Below, piece by piece: positions 27,680-32,000 of a stretch of 32,000 bases of DNA (position 1 is the stretch's first letter; each line of letters begins with the position of its first letter). This DNA is from Acaryochloris thomasi RCC1774 (lineage in GTDB: Bacteria; Cyanobacteriota; Cyanobacteriia; Thermosynechococcales; Thermosynechococcaceae): the NCBI RefSeq assembly GCF_003231495.1, contig NZ_PQWO01000003.1, forward strand, positions 120,001-152,000. The letters are read 5' to 3'. Made by a program: the position numbers and the translations under genes. The notes below the pieces were generated by a model. The model saw nothing but the letters and a program-made list of their open reading frames with translations, was not told where the DNA came from and did not search any database.

Positions 27680-29065
27680 ATGACCTCTACACTCAATCGC
27701 AATACTAAGGAACCCCAAAAAGAGCCTTTGACGTTTGCTGATATTCCTGCGTCGAATGCACCGAGTTGGGTGCAGCTTCTGCAAACGGTCTTTAATCCGA
27801 TACCTGAACTAGAGCGATCTCGCCAACGCTTCGGTGACGTTGTTCGCGCTGGGGCGGCGGGCTTTCCGCCGATGGTTTTTGCGGGCAGCCCTGAAGGGGT
27901 TGAGGCAATTTTGGCGGCTGATACAGAGCTGTTTGAAGTGGGCAGTGGCAACAAGGCACTCCGACCTTTACTGGGAGAGCACTCCCTAATACAGCTTGAT
28001 GGTGCTCCCCATCGGCGGCAGCGCAAATTAATGATGCCTTCTTTTCACGGTGCGAGCGTGCAGCGCTATGGCGAGGTGATGGCGGAGGTGACGGAGAATG
28101 TCATGTCTCAGTGGCAGCCGGGGCAGGTCTTTCCGATTCATTCGTCGATGCAGAAGATTACCCTGAGGGTGATTTTAAAAGCCGTGTTTGGGTTAACAGA
28201 GGGAGAGCGCTTTGAGCAGCTACAGAACCTACTGTGTGAGTTTACCGATGCGTTTAATGCGCCCTGGCAGTCTTTGTTTTTATTTCTGGAGCCATTGCAG
28301 AAGGATCTAGGAAGCTGGAGCCCCTGGGGGCAGTTTTTGCGACGTAAAGCAAAGATCAATCAGCTTTTATTAGATGAGATTCATGATCGCCGTCAGCAGC
28401 CCCCCCAAGACGATGTACTCAGCCTGCTTTTAGCTGCTCGAGATGAAGAGGATGGCTCGGCGCTATCTGACCTTGAGCTACGTGATGAGCTAATGACGCT
28501 GTTGTTTGCAGGCCATGAGACGACGGCATCGGTTCTCGCTTGGGCGATCTATTGGATTCACTCCCAGCCAGAAGTAAAGCAAAAGGTAATGGCTGAGCTA
28601 TCGGATCTAGGGGCAGATCCAGACCCAATGGAGGTGGCAAAGCTTCCTTATCTCACAGCAGTCTGCAATGAGGCGCTACGAATTTATCCGGTGGTGCTAT
28701 TTACCTTTGGGCGTATTCTCAAGCAGCCTTATAACTTTATGGGCTACAACCTGGAGCCGGGGATTATGTTGGCTCCCTGTATTTATTTGCTGCACCACAA
28801 TCCGAAGCTTTACCCTGAGCCTAAAACCTTCCGGCCTGAACGATTTTTGGAGCGACAATTTTCGCCCTATGAATTCATTCCCTTCGGCGGCAGCAATCGG
28901 CGGTGTTTGGGATATACCTTTGCACTGTTTGAACTTAAGGTTGTGCTGGCAAAAATGTTGGGTTCAGCAAAGCTTGAGTTAGCGAGCGATCGCCCTTCAG
29001 TTCCGGTTCGTCGTGGTGTCACCTTTATGCCTTCAGAGGGCGTTCCGGTAAGGCCTCAGGGGTGA
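27680..29065 (+). CDS. cytochrome P450 (possibly CYP120-like)
   Basis: 461 aa from ATG 27680. I-helix AGHETTAS, ExxR (EALR), heme loop FGGSNRRCLG. The ORF-track start at 27455 would overlap the divergent hydrolase gene by 117 nt and is rejected. Confidence 0.9.
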   Translation: MTSTLNRNTKEPQKEPLTFADIPASNAPSWVQLLQTVFNPIPELERSRQRFGDVVRAGAAGFPPMVFAGSPEGVEAILAADTELFEVGSGNKALRPLLGEHSLIQLDGAPHRRQRKLMMPSFHGASVQRYGEVMAEVTENVMSQWQPGQVFPIHSSMQKITLRVILKAVFGLTEGERFEQLQNLLCEFTDAFNAPWQSLFLFLEPLQKDLGSWSPWGQFLRRKAKINQLLLDEIHDRRQQPPQDDVLSLLLAARDEEDGSALSDLELRDELMTLLFAGHETTASVLAWAIYWIHSQPEVKQKVMAELSDLGADPDPMEVAKLPYLTAVCNEALRIYPVVLFTFGRILKQPYNFMGYNLEPGIMLAPCIYLLHHNPKLYPEPKTFRPERFLERQFSPYEFIPFGGSNRRCLGYTFALFELKVVLAKMLGSAKLELASDRPSVPVRRGVTFMPSEGVPVRPQG

Positions 29066-29113
29066 TGATATTTATACAAGGTATACATCGATAGATTTGA
29101 GTTGCGATCGCAC

Positions 29114-29380
29114 ATGGTATTTAAAGTCACATCCCCCAAGTTTGAGCAGGAGTTTGAGCGCTGGACCGATGCCCTAGAGCAGGCTAAAGAACTAGTCCCG
29201 GACTGCAAGGGCATCTTTCAAGAGGTCAGAATCCTTGAAGACGGCGAGCTGGTTTGGGTGAAAGATCGGTTTCATCGCTACCCACAGTTTATGGGTCCGG
29301 GAACCTACAACCGACTGGCAAGGCTATTCCTGCAAGAAGACATGGAAGCGGAGCAGGTTAAACAGGATGACGCCAGCTAA
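29114..29380 (+). CDS. small hypothetical protein
   Basis: 88 aa from ATG 29114 (the ORF-track TTG at 29102 is in frame). MVFKVTSPKFEQEFERWTDALEQAKELV..., balanced composition, no family recognised. Confidence 0.5.
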   Translation: MVFKVTSPKFEQEFERWTDALEQAKELVPDCKGIFQEVRILEDGELVWVKDRFHRYPQFMGPGTYNRLARLFLQEDMEAEQVKQDDAS

Positions 29381-29498
29381 AAAGATCGAGTCCAGCAGCA
29401 ATTGCACCTATCACTTTCGCTAGGTCTAACGGTCTAGCCTCCCGTTTGCAAGAGCTTGAGAAACCTCTTCCTATTCATACAGACAGACTTGTCGATTG

Positions 29499-29541
29499 TG
29501 TAACTACCGATACGAGACAGCCTAGGCATCACCTTTAAGGT
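29499..29541 (+). promoter_or_regulatory. NtcA-type (class II) promoter upstream of the Nit1C cluster
   Basis: TGTA-ACTACCGA-TACG (GTA-N8-TAC at 29500-29513), then exactly 22 nt, then TAAGGT (TAN3T, 29536-29541). The predicted TSS is near 29548, about 119 nt upstream of ATG 29667. Confidence 0.6.
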
Positions 29542-29666
29542 GCCTTTAAGTGATGACCGCTCTTGAAAATTTTTCGACCCGAGCCAATGGATTGCAGAGA
29601 TAAATTTCTTTGCATGTCTCGACTCGAGGGTCATCACGCATCCACGACCTCGTGAAGGATTTTTAT

Positions 29667-30149
29667 ATGCCAGAAGTAACAGCTCCCGCTCATAAGGCGG
29701 GCGATTTCTTTGTTGACTATGAAGAGAAAGTCTTTCCTGATGTGCAGGCAGACCCCGGTGAAAAAGCACTTGTAACCTTCCACACAATTGCCTTTGAAGG
29801 CTCGATTGGCTTGGTGAACTTGCTCCAGGCCACGCGCCTGATTCGGAAGGGCTTTGACACCTCAGTCTTGCTCTACGGTCCTGGGGTAACACTGGGCATC
29901 CAGCGCGGTTTCCCAAAGCTGGGCGATGAAGCCTTCCCCGGACATATGGCGATGAATAATCAGCTCGTTAAATTGATGGAAGAAGGCGGTAAGGTTTACG
30001 CCTGTCGGTTCGCACTCCAGGCGCTTTGCGGGCATGGTGAACCCTCCTTAATCCCCGGTATTCGCCCGATTAATCCCCTAGATGTCTTAGACATTGTGCT
30101 GATGCATCGCAAAGAAGGGGCATTTATCCTCGATACCTGGACAACCTAA
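29667..30149 (+). CDS. Nit1C-cluster conserved hypothetical protein (NitB / Sll0783-like nitrogen-starvation response protein)
   Basis: 160 aa from ATG 29667, with GAAGGA 7 nt upstream. The stop lies 2 nt before the nitrilase start. Position, size and context match the first conserved gene of Nit1C clusters. The family assignment comes from gene context and memory, not alignment. The ORF-track start at 29610 adds 19 residues with no SD. Confidence 0.7.
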   Translation: MPEVTAPAHKAGDFFVDYEEKVFPDVQADPGEKALVTFHTIAFEGSIGLVNLLQATRLIRKGFDTSVLLYGPGVTLGIQRGFPKLGDEAFPGHMAMNNQLVKLMEEGGKVYACRFALQALCGHGEPSLIPGIRPINPLDVLDIVLMHRKEGAFILDTWTT

Positions 30150-30151
30150 CC

Positions 30152-31171
30152 GTGGACTATTCCCGAACCATACGAGCGGCAGCGGCTCAGATTAGTCCGG
30201 TTTTGTTTAGTCGAGACGGGACTACTGAAAAGGTTTTAGATGCGATCTCATCCGCAGCCAAGGACGGGGTAGAGCTACTGGTTTTTCCAGAAACCTTTAT
30301 CCCTTACTATCCGTATTTTTCGTTCGTGCAGCCTCCAGTGCTGATGGGTAAAGAACATATGCGCCTCTATGAAGAGGCCGTCACAGTTCCTAGCCCTGTC
30401 ACCGATGCGGTTGGTCAAGCCGCTCGCACCCACAGCATGGTAATTGTTTTGGGCGTCAATGAACGGGACGCCGGATCGCTCTATAACACTCAGCTTATTT
30501 TTGATGCCGACGGTACTCTGCTACTGAAGCGGCGCAAAATCACCCCCACCTATCACGAGCGCATGGTGTGGGGGCAGGGTGACGGGGCAGGCCTCCAGGT
30601 TTTAGACACCGCCGTTGGTCGATTAGGTGCCCTAGCCTGTTGGGAACATTACAACCCCTTGGCGCGGTTTGCGTTGATGGCTCAGCACGAGCAGATCCAC
30701 TGCGGTCAGTTCCCAGGGTCAATGGTCGGTCAAATCTTCGGTGACCAAATGGAGGTGACCATGCGCCACCATGCTTTAGAGTCAGGCTGTTTTGTGGTCA
30801 ACGCCACCGGCTGGCTTTCCGAAGAGCAGAAGCAGCAAATTGTTACCGATGAAAAATTGCAGAAGGTGCTGAGCGGAGGCTGCTACACCGCCATCATTAG
30901 TCCCGAAGGAGTACCGCTGTGTGAGCCAATTACGCAGGGGGAAGGGCTGGCTGTGGCAAATCTAGATTTTGCCTTAATCACCAAGCGCAAGCGCATGATG
31001 GATTCTGTCGGGCACTATGCCCGCCCCGACTTACTGCGGCTACTGCTTGACCAAGAGGCTTGGTCCGTTCTGGAGCAATCTGCTGGTCAATCACCGGTGA
31101 CAGATGCTGAGAATAGCCCTCTGCTAACGACTGCACCTGTTCCCATGTCTCTTACGACAGAGGCACTTTAA
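30152..31171 (+). CDS. nitrilase (Nit1C / Nit6803-type)
   Basis: 339-aa ORF with a GTG start. Carbon-nitrogen hydrolase triad Glu ([12 protein letters not shown]), Lys ([13 protein letters not shown]) and Cys ([16 protein letters not shown]), with the CWEH nitrilase signature. Confidence 0.92.
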   Translation: MDYSRTIRAAAAQISPVLFSRDGTTEKVLDAISSAAKDGVELLVFPETFIPYYPYFSFVQPPVLMGKEHMRLYEEAVTVPSPVTDAVGQAARTHSMVIVLGVNERDAGSLYNTQLIFDADGTLLLKRRKITPTYHERMVWGQGDGAGLQVLDTAVGRLGALACWEHYNPLARFALMAQHEQIHCGQFPGSMVGQIFGDQMEVTMRHHALESGCFVVNATGWLSEEQKQQIVTDEKLQKVLSGGCYTAIISPEGVPLCEPITQGEGLAVANLDFALITKRKRMMDSVGHYARPDLLRLLLDQEAWSVLEQSAGQSPVTDAENSPLLTTAPVPMSLTTEAL

Positions 31172-31273
31172 AGCCTTGCGGACGGGGTGATCACCACAGT
31201 AATCACAATATATTTTACCCTAGAGCTGCAGCATCATGACAAGACCTGTCAGCGCTGGTTCGCTCTGCATTGG

Positions 31274-31348
31274 CCCCCCCGGCCCCCCAATTCTGGGGGG
31301 AGAAAGCTAGAGGCTTGGGTCATTCCCTTTGATTGCGAGGAATTGGGG
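31274..31348 (+). promoter_or_regulatory. C-run/G-run element with alternative pairings between the nitrilase and radical SAM genes
   Basis: C7 (31274-31280) GG C6 (31283-31288) AATTCT G6 (31295-31300) forms a local hairpin. CCCCAATTCT (31285-31294) is also complementary to GGAATTGGGG (31339-31348). Function unknown. Confidence 0.35.
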
Positions 31349-31381
31349 AAACACAAGTGAAATGCTTTTGGTTCCTTCTAA

Positions 31382-32000
31382 ATGAACAAACAACAACTGA
31401 TTACAGAGCTGCAGTCCAGTGGCCTAAAGCTGGTGGACCCTAACGTAGGGGCTGCCGGACGCCGAGGCGGAGCCGGTCCTTCAGACCATAAGGCGGTCAC
31501 CATTGAGGGGACGACGGTGATGGTGCCGATTTACACCGGCACTGCCGATCAGTCTCCCTACACGGCGGAAGCGGATACCCTATTGCTCAAGCGAGAAGGT
31601 AAAGCCGTTGCCCCGCTCCACTTTCCGGAGCAGCCTCAGTTTTATGGTCTGGAGACTACCGACGGCATTCCCTACTGGAAGATTGCGCTGCTCCACAGCC
31701 ATGATGTGCTAGCGACGACGGTGCAGCAGACCTGTAAGCGATACCGCGATCCAGAAACGGTCTGTCAGTTCTGTGCCATTGAAAAGTCGCTGGATGCTGA
31801 CCGCACCATTGCCCGTAAAACGCCGGAACAGCTGGCTGAAGTCGCTGAAGCAGCCGTGCGCCTTGATGGGGTAACCCAAATGGTGATGACCACGGGGACG
31901 CCCAATACGTTAGATCGCGGTGCAGCCTATCTGACCGACTGCGCCCGAGCTGTGAAGGCCCGAGTGGATTTGCCGATTCAGGCCCAGTGCGAACCGCCGG
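31382..32000 (+). CDS. radical SAM protein of the Nit1C cluster (NitD / MSMEG_0568-type), 5' part; continues beyond window
   Basis: Open frame from ATG 31382 (preceded by an in-frame TAA) to the window end, 206 codons: MNKQQLITELQSSGLKLVDPNVGAAGRRGGAGPSDHKAV...TCKRYRDPETVCQFCAIEKS...VMTTGTPN. It has a Cys cluster ending CQFC and lies immediately after the nitrilase, as in Nit1C loci. Absent from the ORF track because no stop lies in the window. Confidence 0.8.
   Translation, partial: MNKQQLITELQSSGLKLVDPNVGAAGRRGGAGPSDHKAVTIEGTTVMVPIYTGTADQSPYTAEADTLLLKREGKAVAPLHFPEQPQFYGLETTDGIPYWKIALLHSHDVLATTVQQTCKRYRDPETVCQFCAIEKSLDADRTIARKTPEQLAEVAEAAVRLDGVTQMVMTTGTPNTLDRGAAYLTDCARAVKARVDLPIQAQCEPP

Noticed and set aside
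27455-28026. N-terminal extension of the P450 ORF from 27455, and the 180-aa antisense ORF 27484-28026
   Set aside because: The extension would overlap the divergent alpha/beta hydrolase gene by 117 nt, and its translation (MRARGSKAVDQNNRRS...) looks non-protein-like. The conserved P450 begins after ATG 27680. The antisense ORF is Arg/Ser/Pro-rich shadow sequence.
29434-29916. 160-aa reverse-strand ORF covering the Nit1C promoter and the 5' half of the NitB-like gene
   Set aside because: Its composition is Arg/Ser/Pro/Gln-rich. It overlaps a better-supported + strand gene that has an SD and tight coupling to the nitrilase. No motifs were recognised.
1-32000. CRISPR arrays, defence systems (RM, TA, Abi, CBASS-like), prophage or IS elements
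   Set aside because: I looked for regularly spaced direct repeats, nuclease, helicase or methylase motifs, and small paired toxin-antitoxin ORFs, and found none. The only recurrent short repeat is HIP1.

Overview
Chromosomal window from a cyanobacterium. Evidence: chlB and psb27, at least 13 exact copies of the HIP1 octamer GCGATCGC, and frequent GTG/TTG starts.

Layout:
(i) 1-7.6 kb, housekeeping: lysS-lnt operon (-), a DHFR-family reductase (+), a DUF389/DUF4079 membrane-protein pair (-), and class I DAHP synthase (+).
(ii) 7.7-22.3 kb: a 12-gene, single-strand, ABC-transporter-dependent (Wzm/Wzt) glycan-biosynthesis island of visibly lower GC. It encodes a permease, an ATPase with a C-terminal extension, an unusual HTTM (vitamin-K-carboxylase-like) + DCC thiol-oxidoreductase fusion, a PAPS-type sulfotransferase, seven glycosyltransferases (3 GT-B/GT4-like, 4 GT-A/GT2-like, two of them paralogs) and a UDP-glucuronate-4-epimerase-like SDR.
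(iii) 22.4-29.4 kb: chlB (-) with a good terminator and an AT-rich upstream block, a 53-aa tatA (-) missing from the ORF track, psb27 (-), cbiD (+), an alpha/beta hydrolase (-), a cytochrome P450 (+) and a small hypothetical (+).
(iv) 29.5-32.0 kb: the 5' part of a Nit1C-type cluster (conserved hypothetical, nitrilase, radical SAM; it continues off-window). It is preceded by a textbook NtcA-type promoter and interrupted by a C-run/G-run intergenic element with a polyproline mini-ORF.

I saw no rRNA, tRNA, CRISPR array, transposase or integrase. The most interesting items are the HTTM-DCC fusion inside a putative sulfated-glycan export locus and the nitrogen-regulated Nit1C cluster, whose product is unknown. 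All family assignments come from reading motifs by eye and from memory of the families. No searches were run.
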